Source: Amphiscolops sp. MND2022
Lineage: Eukaryota
Reading direction: 5' to 3'
NCBI GenBank assembly: GCA_964187785.1
Contig: OZ076409.1
Location: 15,996,001-16,060,000 of the forward strand
DNA: 64,000 bases
Shown here: positions 1 through 10,845 of the stretch, one piece after another
Layout: the number at the start of each line of letters is the position of its first letter
Position numbering within the stretch: the stretch's first letter is position 1
Translations under genes and position numbers: made by a program
Notes under the pieces: model-generated
Told to the model about the DNA's origin: nothing
The model's input: the letters and a program-made list of their open reading frames with translations, nothing else
The model's database searches: none

Positions 1-346
1 GCATTCAGGGCACTAGGGGTATGTGAACATAGCTGACTACGTTATAATAATAATTCCGACAAAATCAGACACGCGTTTTCAGCTCAGTGAAGTCAATTCG
101 ATTTCAAATTTCAGCCAATCAGATTGCAACATAAAGAAATATTCTTGTTTGAGACCAATTTTTCATTTTCTGCAGTTTGGTACTTCGTCTGTTTGGGAAT
201 TCCCCGATGATTTCAGTTCACGTAGTTTTCTACTCTCTTCATCAAATAGTTTAGTCCACTAAACGGATAGTTTCAGACTTCTTCGTCCTTGTTAAGCGTC
301 TTGGTTTCCAATATGAAATTTTCCATTTCGCCGCACTCGTCTTTAC

Positions 347-863
347 GGATACGGAACAATTTGCCGAAAATTGACTCAGGGACAATTTGCCGAAAGACAA
401 TTTGCCGAAAATTGACTCAGGGACAATTTGCCGAAAATTTTTCGGCAAATTGTCCTTCACGTTAGGCAAATTGGGTGTCGGCAAGTCTTTCGGCAAACTG
501 TCCCGTATCCGGTTTTTGCTCCTGAGAAGCGTTTAAAATAGATTAGGTACTTCATCTCACCTAATATGGGGTCATATACGGTGTATGCACGCTCGCCCTC
601 ACCGTCGCAAAGACCAGCTCCCACTACGATCGCTTCGCGATCTCCGTTCCCGCTAGGTCTTTGCTCCTGTTGGACCTCGCTTAGCAAGATGGGAACATAA
701 GCGGCACCAGGGGGCCACGGAGCACTAGATGAAATGGGGGCATATCCGACGGCCAGAAACAATGTTATTTGAAAACGCTAGGTATTCGGCAAATTGTCCC
801 TAAAAAATTCGGCAAATTGTCCTTCGCGTTGGTAAAATGTTTTTTGGCAAAGTGTCCCTAACC
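347..863. mobile_element. Foldback MITE (TTTGCCGAA subterminal-repeat family) with 9-bp TSD, MULE/Merlin-like, carrying cassette A
   Basis: CGTCTTTAC at 338-346 and 864-872. Left end GGATACGGAACAATTTGCCGAA; right end reverse-complements to GGTTAGGGACACTTTGCCAAA. ACAATTTGCCGAA motifs are tandem on the left and inverted on the right. An additional internal right end lies at 490-510. Confidence 0.85.
583..749 (+). repeat. Cassette A core (also ~2534-2700, ~3240-3397, ~29430-29598, ~43603-43768, ~57776-57940; reverse partial copies ~3890-3965, 30146-30280, 44317-44450, 58489-58618)
   Basis: Conserved GTATGCACGCTCGCCCTCACCGTCGCAA ... GATCGC-TTC-GCGATC hairpin (628-642) ... GC-rich hairpin (GCGGCCCC-AA-GGGGCCGC in the 43.7 and 57.9 kb copies) ... 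GCACTAG(A)NGAAATGGGG(G/A)CATATCCGA. Confidence 0.85.
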
Positions 864-1619
864 CGTCTTTACACAGTAGGTTCAATTCATCAACTTTTTG
901 AGGTCTGAATTCGTTGTAAACTTTGCAATTTAGGAAAGTGTACAACCGTTCCTTCTGAAACTCCACAATCAAACAAGGGTGATGATTTTTTCTCATTTTC
1001 AAGGCGTAATCAATCAGCTAAAAAGAAAGAATTTCCCAAAACAACTTCACAGATCTTGTAAGCTTCGTATTTTGAAAGGCCTAAAAATGGGGTGAATAGA
1101 TTGTAGGTCGGTGTCGTCTCAGGGTGGGGTATATTGGGATCGAATTTTTGTGTGAGCGAAAAGCGAGATCGAAAATGGATCGAAAGTTTTGAGATCTAAT
1201 TGGTCCGTTTTTGCAAGGTTTTTGCTCCTGCAAAGCGTGTAAAATATTTTCTATTTTCTATATTCACTATCAGATATCACGGATCTTCGTCATCAATCAA
1301 ATGCCATGTGTGTCATCATAATGGGAGAAGACACACACCCGTGTTCTGCAACGAAAGGAGGAAACCCCATACCAGCCACTATCCCAATCAAAAACAAACA
1401 ACCAAACTACTCATACCAGCCACAATCCCAGGCGGTAGAAAAAGTTTCAAAAAACCTACAATAATATACAGGTTTGCAAAAAAACGACTATATGTAATAT
1501 ATATCCCCTATTTGCGGGATGATGATTTGGTGCTTATTCATACAGCCGAAAATGAAAATTTGGTCCCATACAGCCGAATTTAAATTACTAGCTTTTAGTG
1601 CTGTTACAGCCAATATGTT

Positions 1620-1850
1620 GGAACTTGATTTATTCACAGGTTCTTTTCTGATCTGTCGGCCACAGCCTCTGTCGATCAGCTCTTTCATGTGAGTCCATTT
1701 CTCACAAGGAACTCGGTGTTGAACATTTTGTGTTCCCAGTGTCTGTCTAAACTTTTTAAAAGCGTTTACGTTGTCACAGCGCACAACTGTTTCTGGCATT
1801 GAATTCCAATCCGCTACTGCAGCGACAGCAAAAAAGTTATATATAAAAGG
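1620..1850 (-). mobile_element. 3'-terminal fragment of a CR1/L2-like LINE ORF2
   Basis: The minus frame reads YNFFAVAAVADWNSMPETVVRCDNVNAFKKF, resembling the NFFS.RVV..WN.LP..VV....VN.FK C-terminus of CR1/L2 ORF2. Confidence 0.6.
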
Positions 1851-1855
1851 TTTGC

Positions 1856-1997
1856 ATATTTGTTGTATGGCTCGGTCGCTTCGCTCCTTTCGCCAAGTAG
1901 CAACATTGAGGCATGGCCACATGACACGTCGCTCCGCTTCTCTTCGCTCCTGCATTCAGGGCACTAGGGGTATGTGAACATAGCTGACTACGTTATA
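1856..1997 (+). repeat. Cassette B (also 1-46, ~10552-10705, ~12970-13083 and ~18965-19081 with an internal deletion; reverse ~29895-30035, ~44066-44206, ~58238-58378)
   Basis: Conserved ATATTTGTTGTATGGCTCGGTCGCTTCGCTCC ... CGCTTCGCTCCTGCATTCAGGGCACTAGGGGTATGTGAACATAGCTGACTACGTTATAA. Confidence 0.85.
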
Positions 1998-2297
1998 ATA
2001 ATAATTCCGACAAAATCAGACACGCGTTTTCAGCTCAGTGAAGTCAATTCGATTTCAAATTTCAGCCAATCAGATTGCAACATAAAGAAATATTCTTGTT
2101 TGAGACCAATTTTTCATTTTCTGCAGTTTGGTACTTCGTCTGTTTGGGAATTCCCCGATGATTTCAGTTCACGTAGTTTTCTACTCTCTTCATCAAATAG
2201 TTTAGTCCACTAAACGGATAGTTTCAGAATTCTTCGTCCTTGTTAAGCGTCTTGGTTTCCAATATGAAATTTTCCATTTCGCCGCACTCGTCTTTAC

Positions 2298-2814
2298 GGA
2301 TACGGAACAATTTGCCGAAAATTGACTCAGGGACAATTTGCCGAAAGACAATTTGCCGAAAATTGACTCAGGGACAATTTGCCGAAAATTTTTCGGCAAA
2401 TTGTCCTTCACGTTAGGCAAATTGGGTGTCGGCAAGTCTTTCGGCAAACTGTCCCGTATCCGGTTTTTGCTCCTGCGAAGCGTTTAAAATAGATTAGGTA
2501 CTTCATCTCACCTAATATGGGGTCATATACGGTGTATGCACGCTCGCCCTCACCGTCGCAAAGACCAGCTCCCACTACGATCGCTTCGCGATCTCCGTTC
2601 CCGCTAGGTCTTTGCTCCTGTTGGACCTCGCTTAGCAAGATGGGAACATAAGCGGCACCAGGGGGCCACGGAGCACTAGATGAAATGGGGGCATATCCGA
2701 CGGCCAGAAACAATGTTATTTGAAAACGCTAGGTATTCGGCAAATTGTCCCTAAAAAATTCGGCAAATTGTCCTTCGCGTTGGTAAAATGTTTTTTGGCA
2801 AAGTGTCCCTAACC
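2298..2814. mobile_element. Second copy of the 347-863 MITE (from the 1,951-bp duplication)
   Basis: Same sequence and TSD, offset by 1951. Confidence 0.85.
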
Positions 2815-3073
2815 CGTCTTTACACAGTAGGTTCAATTCATCAACTTTTTGAGGTCTGAATTCGTTGTAAACTTTGCAATTTAGGAAAGTGTACAACCGT
2901 TCCTTCTGAAACTCCACAATCAAACAAGGGTGATGATTTTTTCTCATTTTCAAGGCGTAATCAATCAGCTAAAAAGAAAGAATTTCCCAAAACAACTTCA
3001 CAGATCTTGTAAGCTTCGTATTTTGAAAGGCCTAAAAATGGGGTGAATAGATTGTAGGTCGGTGTCGTCTCAG

Positions 3074-3536
3074 GGTGGGGTATATTGGGATCGAATTTTT
3101 GTGTGAGCGAAAAGCGAGATCGAAAATGGATCGAAAGTTTTGAGATCTAATTGGTCCGTTTTTGCAAGGTTTTTGCTCCTGCAAAGCGTGTAAAATATTT
3201 TAGGTACTTTTCCCCACCTAATACGGGGTCATATAAGGTATATGCACGCTCGCCCTCACCGTCGCAAGGACCAGCTTCCACTACGCGATCTCCGTTGTGG
3301 CTGGGTCTTTGCTCCTGTTCGACCTCGCTTCGCAAGATGAGAGCATAAGCGGCCCAATGGGGCCGCAGGGCACTAGAAGAAATGGGGACAAATCCGACGG
3401 CCAAAAACATTGTTATTTGAAAACGCTAAGTGTTTGAAAACTTTGATTCCATCTCATTATCGTTGACCTTTTTACTTCGATCTCAGTGACAGTATGCATA
3501 TTCGCGCAAATTCATTCGATCCAAACGCCCACCGCC
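3074..3536. mobile_element. MITE (GGATCGAA family) with 9-bp TSD carrying cassette A; left part also present at 1123-1250
   Basis: TCGTCTCAG at 3065-3073 and 3537-3545. Ends GGTGGGGTATATTGGGATCGAA and (reverse complement) GGCGGTGGGCGTTTGGATCGAA. Repeated GATCGAA/TTCGATC subterminal motifs. Confidence 0.8.
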
Positions 3537-3545
3537 TCGTCTCAG

Positions 3546-6500
3546 TATAACAATTGAGGAAGGAGTTGTCCGAAACTGTCCATCTACGTCTCCACATGAG
3601 TTCGATAAAACGATGAGTTCGTTGATGTTAGCCACCGTGTAAATTGTGCTGTCATCGTTCAAAAGTTTGACGAATCCTCTAAGATGACTCTCTAGGAGAT
3701 TAGCAACACTTTTTTGTCGTAATACCGGAAAATCATGGACAGCTGTGAGAGGATCAGTTTCTAATGGGGCACGGTAATATGTTCTAACGCATAAGTTCGA
3801 ATTTTAATTTCGAATGGACTAAGTTCGATTTTTCCAAAAACCGGAACAAGTTCGAATCACTGTGTGTTCGAAAACGTGCTTCTGATATTTCCCCATTTCA
3901 TCTAGTGCCCCGCGGCCCATTGGGAGCGCTTATGTTCCCATCTTCCGGATATGTTCCCATCTTCCGCATAAACCGGATATGCCTCACATTTCAGTTTTTA
4001 GATTCCTTTAGATCCTAGGCGGCGGAGCTCTCAGGATCTTGTGTGAAGGATGTCCAGTTTACACCGGATATGCCCGATTAGAAAAATCGAACTTGGTGTC
4101 TCGAAACTTATTGCACTAGTTCAAATTCGAACTTAGTAAATCGAACTTAATGCCCGAACTTTTTAATCATTTGACTTTTAAGAGGAACTTGACATTGATA
4201 CTCGAACTCGAAATTTCAACAGGTGGTACGCCCAGTAACTCTTGACAACTTTCAGTATTCGGGGAATAGCTATGGTTGAAAACCGTTCTGATAAACTCAT
4301 TTTGTACTCTTTGAATGCACTTTTTTCAAACCAGTTAGGGGAAGCATATAGAAGGAGGGGAAGAATTGTTACCTTGTAGAGCAGTGTTAAAGTAGGAATG
4401 GTGAGGTTCCATTTGTTGTTACAAAATCAAGATATAGTGTTCCATTTTCGCTTTGTTTTCTCAGCTATTGCTTCTGCATATTGTCGGTATGTTAACTGGT
4501 TGTCAATAGCATTACAAGTGATCTCGTGGGCTTTTGATTTGCCAGGATCACCATTATTCAAAGGGGTTTAATGTCACTTGCTTCACTTTTCGAAAGAATA
4601 AATTCTGTCTTCCTGCCGTTAACCACCATTCTCTAGGTTGAACACTATCTTTCCACTCCAGCACAAGACTGACCAAATTCTCGCGTCAGATCGTCTGTGG
4701 TTTCGAAGTTGACTACAATTGAGCTGACGTCCGCGAAATTGAATGAGCAGTCTTCTTTGAACAGGAAGTCATTGATAAATATGATAAAAAGTAGCGAGAA
4801 ATAGGATAAAAAGTAGCACGCCCCCGTGCGGTACTCCCATGTTAATGGGAAATGTGTGAGATTTATATTCCCCTAAATCAACAAAGACTTGTCGGTTTCT
4901 CAAGAAAGCCACCAAAGTTCGAGTCATTCTGCGAGCTATGTTTTAGTTCCGTAGTTTGTAGAAGTTCGCTTATCCAGACGCTGTCGAAAGCTTTTTCTAA
5001 GTCTTTATTAAGCATGGTTGTGGGAAAGTTTGATGCTTTTGCTCGTTCCAGCGTGAGATGAAGCCTGCACAGTGATCGAACAATTTTTTTCGGTTCTGAA
5101 GTCTTCTTGTTCTTCACCAAGGATGTTGTGCATGTCGAGGTATTTGTTAATTCTATTGGCGAAAATCGTTCAAGAAGTTAACCAAAGTGACTGGAAATGA
5201 ACAAGGGTCGGTAAAATGAACAGTCGTCGTATATGTCTTTGATGGGCTAGCGGATGAAAATAACTCGCGATTCTTTCGAAGGCCATGACGCAGTCTCACA
5301 GCAGTTGTTGATAAAATGGAGAAGCATTTCTCGAGCTTTGTATCACATCGCTTTGATCAATGCCAAGTGTATGCCATCAGTATCGAAGGACATTGGATTT
5401 GATCTCTTTGCGAATGCTGCAATTAGATTTCCATATTAGGTGGGTCGACAAAGAGAAGTTTTTTGTGTTTATCGCTGCTGTCAGGCACTCTGACCTCCTG
5501 TTCGACATACAGAGAACCCCTCGTCGTAAAACTGTTTGAAGAGATGTTGTCCGGAGAAAAAAATTGTTTCAACTTGTGTACAAACAACCCTTTTCGTGTA
5601 AAGAAGTTCACCTGTCTTGTTTCCTGTTAGCCCAACCTCTCCTTTTTTCTTGTTGAGTATTTTTTATACAATTCCCTAAAGTCTCAGCTTCTTTTAGAAC
5701 CAAGATTGCTGAGGAAGCAACTCATCTATATTGAATCACTAGTGGATAGTTGTTCCTTGGAATTCTCTTCAGCTCTTGCCAATTTTTCACCATTTTTGTA
5801 GTTTGAACCGTATTGGAATGTTCTTCTCAATTGTTTAAGGTGTTAACTAGGCTTCGTTAATTCGGAATTCCAAAAAGGTTTGTTGTGTCTAGATATAGTT
5901 CTAAAGGGTATAGACATAGTTCAATCATACTTGAACTGTTTGTTAAAACGAAAGTTGGTTCATCCTTGTTGGTTCACCATAAAATAAGCTTTCATGTTCT
6001 AACAAGATCAATTTTAAAATATTTGACACTATTGTTAACTAAATGTTGTCTACTGAGTTCTACTTTTTTTCTGGCGTAGGTAATTCCTTCTTCGAGTAGC
6101 ATTGCCACTCCACCCAAGCCGTGTTTTTGTTCACGAGTAGCGTTGTAATTGTTCAACCAATTCCGTGGTATATTGGTTCTTGTTTCGTTCAAGGATACCA
6201 CACTGGGATCTTTCTATTGTACAAAATTTAATGAAAGTGTAGAGTGTTGACTTAGTCCGCAGATGTTAATTTGCATGAAGATCAGTTTTCGTTCTTCCAT
6301 TGGTTGGCTTTCGTTGTTTTGTTGAAGTTAAGGGCATTCCCCCAGCTTCCTGGACGGTTTGTATTTGCATGATGTATGCCGGACCATGGACATCACCAGC
6401 CGTGTGGTCACCTTTGCAGTTGTTACACAAAGCAGGTTAGTCTTTGTTGGTACATTTGCCGATTGGCGATGCTACGTTCATCACCGCAATGTTTGCAAGG

Positions 6501-6680
6501 TTCCTTTGAATGACAGTTACTGCTCATGTGGCCAAACGTTTGGCATCTGTAGCATCGAATGATTTCTATGCCTCGTTGTACGAACTCCACGGATTAATGA
6601 AAAAGTGTTAGAAATATCGAGGGAGATTCTGTCAAGTGTTTGAAAGAAAATGCATACAATGAAAATGTGGACTAACTTGA
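3546..6680 (-). mobile_element. LINE Z: degenerate APE-RT non-LTR retrotransposon with triple-CCHC ORF1 end
   Basis: Minus strand: IIRCYRCQTFGHMSSNCHSKEPCKHC (knuckles, ~6400-6560); VSLNET..GGVAMLL (APE, 5992-6201); SFYRP..SSHFG (~5200); KDLEKAFDSVW (~4985); GVPHGG..FIIFIND..FAD (~4730-4840). Many stops and frameshifts. Confidence 0.9.
3766..4210. mobile_element. Foldback element (AAGTTCGAA / TCGAACTT arrays) with a reverse partial cassette A, inserted in LINE Z
   Basis: AAGTTCGA repeats at 3793-3860 and TCGAACTT repeats at 4088-4160. The LINE reading frame stops at ELLGVPPVEI (~4215) and LINE-like sequence resumes below ~3765. No clear TSD. Confidence 0.55.
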
Positions 6681-7029
6681 TTCAAGCAGCGTAACAGAGT
6701 AAATGAATCTAAAACATTGGTGAAAGTGAACATTCACAATTGATTGACGTGAACTCAAAGCGGAATGCGCCTTTTCGGTCATTTCGCAGATTTGCCGTCA
6801 TTTTCACAGAAAAATGCTACGTTTCGTAGAATGACGTTACGTCATCACCACATATGGTACGACTCACGTTGTTGAAATCTTGGAATTTATATGCTTTTCA
6901 AGGAATCTGGCGCTACTAGTATTTCGTATGTAAATCAACCTGTTTATAGCCTTGATATACGGGGTGCTCAATCTATTATGCATCACATCAAATCAAATAA
7001 TAATCAATACAATATTGACTTCTCAAACC

Positions 7030-8330
7030 GTTCCCAATCGTAATCCTGCTCATAGTCCTATAAAAAAAGCAACCAGGAATATGCTGTCAGATGTGGCCCT
7101 GTCATAGAGCAATTTTGAAGGAAACGAGAGTTTCCTTGTTTGTAATGCTTTTGTGTCCGCTTTGATGAATCGTCTCGCTTTCACACTGGGAAAGTTGCTG
7201 TCAAGATGCTGCTCGATTTCAATGTTATCAAGATGTAGGGGTACCACTTTAGTGAGAACGCTATGTTCATTCGTCTTATCATTCGCTTTCCGTACAATTG
7301 AATCTCATCCAAAGACTTCAAGGTTCCAGGATTTCAAGACTATGTCGACCTCTTCCTTTGTGAGGAATCCCAAGTGTGTTTTACCTCGAGCAGCTGTGAA
7401 AGCATAGACTGACTTCTTAGCGGAAAACGTTTTGCGAACATCCTCTTGACTTCAACACTGTCTCTAAACCGCTGTTTTATAGTTATTGTCAAAATCTTGT
7501 CTGGATACCGCGGTGAGCGCTGTTTGTTCTCATTACGAACTTCTTCTTTCAGATCGATTACTTTCGGAATGTGCTGTTTCAGCTACGGTTGCCTAGTGTG
7601 TAGCTGGTTGTGGAACATCCAGTTTCAATTTGATGTTGTGCAAATCCTTTTTTGTCAATTCGGTTAGTTGCGTATCTTATTTTTGTGTTTCAGTGTCTTT
7701 TTTCTGTCCTTGATTTATTTGGTTTAGTGCTTTCCAAACGTTTTATGATTTTCCTTGCAAACTTTTTCTCCACATTTGGTGCAGTACCATTGTACAGATG
7801 CATATTTTGAAAGTAAAGGTATATCGTTCACTTCTATCTCTCCACATGCCACCATATTTGCATCCATTGCAACAATAGGAGTCTTCTTCAGTATCCACAA
7901 TTTTTTCTGGCATTGTGGACATCAGCTATCCGAAGTAGACTGGTTTCAAGACTTAGGCCCCATGAGATTGGATAACTGTCCCAATTAGGCCTCCTAAGTA
8001 ACAAAGGTTTTTGAAGTCCCAACAGAAACAATTTACCAACCTGTTAACTTTGATTTCTTTTCTATTTGATTTTCCTCCGTTTCTTTTCCGATGGCTTTTA
8101 TCTCTTCTTTTTCTCGGGCTTGAAGTTGGACAAACAATTTCTGTTTCTCCAAATTTTTAACAATAGTTTGTATTCTAGGTCTACTTTCAGGTGAATTCTT
8201 CTCAGTCCGAATGAAAGCGCCCTTCTGTTTCCGATGTGAAGTCAAATTTGTCGTCACATCAGTTATAATGATGCGATTTCTGTCCCAGAGCGCTAATAAT
8301 AAACTATGTCGTTTATTGTAGTTTGCCACT
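7030..8330 (-). mobile_element. LINE W: 5'/ORF1 fragment of the same PHD-CCHC clade
   Basis: PHD-like CPQCQKKIVDTEEDSYCCNGC..WWHV..WHCTKC (~7780-7915, frameshifted). SVLTKVVP..KARRFIK..KLSFPSK aligns with LINE X ORF1 SVLIKYV..KAQRFIK..KIDFPSK. Confidence 0.75.
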
Positions 8331-8869
8331 GTAAAAGGATTTCAATCAGTTGGCTAGTCGTACAAGGTTGGTTGTTGTTGCTTTTATGTGCCGAGATCGA
8401 GATATTGATTATGTCGTGCAAATTTTCGAATTTCTGCATTTGCTGATAATTCTACGATTCAGAAGGTTCTGTAATAATTTAAGCTACTTCTGGATTTGCT
8501 ATTGAAACTCAGTCCAGGCAGAGAATAACAGTAACGTCTGGAGAGTTGTTGTTGCCGTTAGGGGACGGAACAAAGTGTACGGTCATGTGAGCTGGCAACG
8601 ATTTTAAATACCATAAAAGAATGTATGAGATGATAAGTATGGATGATCTCGGAAGGTCAGTAGAAATAGAATGGACTAATCTGATTCGCGTATTGTTGAT
8701 AAAGACCAACAGAATCGCCCAGACACCCGAGAGTGTTGACAGTCCTGCCCCAATTGTCAGAGTAATTTCCAGGCCCCACAGTGATTTCTAGTGTAATCGG
8801 ACAAATCAAATCAATCAGTACTTCTCTGAAAATATTTTAAAAATAAATTACAGCAATTAGGCTTGCTCA

Positions 8870-9330
8870 TATGTAAAAAATTTCTTCAAAAGCGTCTCTG
8901 TCGATCACAGTTCCCAGAACACAGGCGGCATTGCCGATCTGAAGAGCCATTGAAATAAAAAGTACCAGCTCGTTGATCGGCTCGCAAACGACAGAGCGTT
9001 TCAGAGACGCGTGATGAAAATTTCACAGCTGTTGCCTAAAGAATCCTGTACTTTCATTGCCACTGGTTGAAAAAGTGTCCACTATCAATTAATTTGCGAT
9101 ACCTGAAATTTACGCGCTTCAGCCTCGGTGGCTGTGGTTCCCCGTTTGCATAAGGAGAATGGGTGCAAGAGCATTCACAAGCGTGACATCCCACACCAGC
9201 TGTTTACCGATTTCACAAGGAATCATGGTAACACCGTTTGGGCGTTTGACCTCAGTCCAAGATGCTCGAGCATTGAAAGCGAGTCATCATTATGAGCGCA
9301 GAAGTTGAACTCAAACAGTCTATGCAAGTA
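8870..9330 (-). mobile_element. 3' fragment of an RLE-type (CRE/R2-like) non-LTR retrotransposon
   Basis: The minus strand reads SMLEHLGL..KRPNGVTMIPCEIGKQLVWDVTLVNALAP..ATEAEARKF.YRKL..FFQPVAMK..SLG....ISMALQIGNAACVLGT..FEEIFYI*. This resembles the KRPDG..WDVT..PVA.ET.G..QRGNAACVLGT restriction-like endonuclease region of CRE-type elements. Confidence 0.75.
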
Positions 9331-10355
9331 AACGCTTTCGCTTCAATGTGTCACGATAAGCGCTGAGCGTATAGCCGGAAGAAGAGGTGGAGAAACCAAA
9401 AGCCTGGATATAGATTAGTGACGAATCACCAAAGCGTTATCCCACTTTGCCTCCAAAGGGTTGCCGGTCCCGAGGAGGGGAACCGTCTTACATGACGTTC
9501 TCTGGGCCTGAGTCCAGTATGTAACTGCTACTAGTTACGGGCATTATGCTGAGCTTCATAACCACCGCAGATGTAGCTTGGAAAAACTGGGTTGTGGGAA
9601 TACTGAATTTACCTCAGACCGGGAATCCACAAACCAAGTAAATTACGCCATGTAATGAAAACAATTGCTTCCAAGCATATCAGTCTAAATACACCACACC
9701 ACATAGCACACAAAATTACAATAATTTAGTCAGTTTCAGTGGAAATCCAGATCGTCAGCACGCGAGCGCTCGAGCTGGGCATAACTCCGGGCACGGTTGG
9801 ATACCACAAGCAGTCATCATGGGTACGGGTTCCGCTACTAAAAATGACATTATTTTTGGGGTTGGGGTATTTGGACAAACACCGTTTTTTGGCACATTAT
9901 AGCTGTTATTTTTCAATTTTTTCTCGTTGGTGGTCTCACGGGGCAGCTCTGTCTCTTTTTGCATTGATCGCAGCGGGAAGTACTTTGTCCAAACATGCTC
10001 AAGGTGCCACGACAATTTCGTTGATTGGCGTTTGCCGTTACAATAGGTCGTTTCAATTGTTCTGGAGTAGAGACCGGTCTTTTGGGGATTCCTTGCAAAC
10101 AGGTTTTCAGAAACCGGCGTGAAACCCTTATCTAACCGATCAGCTATATCAATGTCGCAGCCTAGTGCTCGTGTTGGCGCCGGAGAGTAGCAATAGATGA
10201 TAAAACTTTCCAGCCATCTTCGAAAAAGTAACTGTTCTAAAAATTGTCATACTATAGAACAGTCATGTAAACATATACATGATGTCTTACTAACAGCATT
10301 GCTGAGCTATGTTTACTTTTTACATCATAGAGCACTTACGTAGAAAATCACGTCA

Positions 10356-10845
10356 CGGTCAAAAATCACTTGGCCGTAAGTCATTTAATTGTCTTTCGTT
10401 TAGCATTTTCAAGCCAAATAACATCAAAGTTTGGCCAAGTCCATTCTAACTTAAGAAATTGCTTAAAACAATTTTTTTAAGAGCAAAATTGAATTGAAAT
10501 TTTAACGAAGTGTTTGAGCATCAACAACAAACAAAAGTTACGAAATGTTTAGCATATTTGATATATGGCTCGGTCGCTGCGCTCCCTTTGCCAAGTAGCA
10601 ACAATGAGGCATGCTCATACGGAACATCGCTTCGTTTTGCTTCGCTTTGCTTCGCTCCTGCCTTCCGGGCACTAGGCGTATGTGAACATAGCTGACTAGG
10701 TTATAATGATAACTTCGATAAATAATGGGTAACGACCCGAGACATTTGGCTTGAAAAAAGTAAGCCAAGTGACTATATGTATCAAAGCCAAATGACTCTA
10801 AGCCAAGTGAATTTATTGCGAGTGACCAATTACCAATTTAAGATA
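10356..10845. mobile_element. Foldback MITE (TCA(C/T)TTGGC / GCCAA(A/G)TGA family) carrying cassette B; paralogues ~12780-13250 and ~18778-19246
   Basis: Left TCACTTGGC..TCATTT motifs, right tandem AGCCAAATGA/AGCCAAGTGA motifs ending GACC, with cassette B in the middle. No TSD recognised. Confidence 0.6.

Larger units (their letters stand above)
1..3201. repeat. Near-identical tandem duplication, period 1,951 bp (visible match 1-1250 = 1952-3201)
   Basis: ORF track offsets are exactly 1951 (23/1974, 457/2408, 778/2729). Only two substitutions seen by eye (cagacttc/cagaattc; cctgagaag/cctgcgaag). The match ends after aaaatatttt at 1250/3201. Confidence 0.95.

Noticed and set aside
356-432. 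Short repeat array that could be mistaken for CRISPR
   Set aside because: The spacers are repeated or absent, the array is mirrored by inverted copies, and the context is eukaryotic; these are MITE subterminal repeats.
722-728. Canonical Helitron 3' terminus at GCACTAG
   Set aside because: CTAG is not followed by T and conserved sequence continues ~20 nt beyond it, so it is not annotated as a Helitron; kept only as a hypothesis under findings.
8509-8760. Hydrophobic minus frame resembling a GPCR TM1-TM2
   Set aside because: Lacks the diagnostic GN/LA..D residues and clear splice sites; hydrophobic frames are common in AT-rich DNA.
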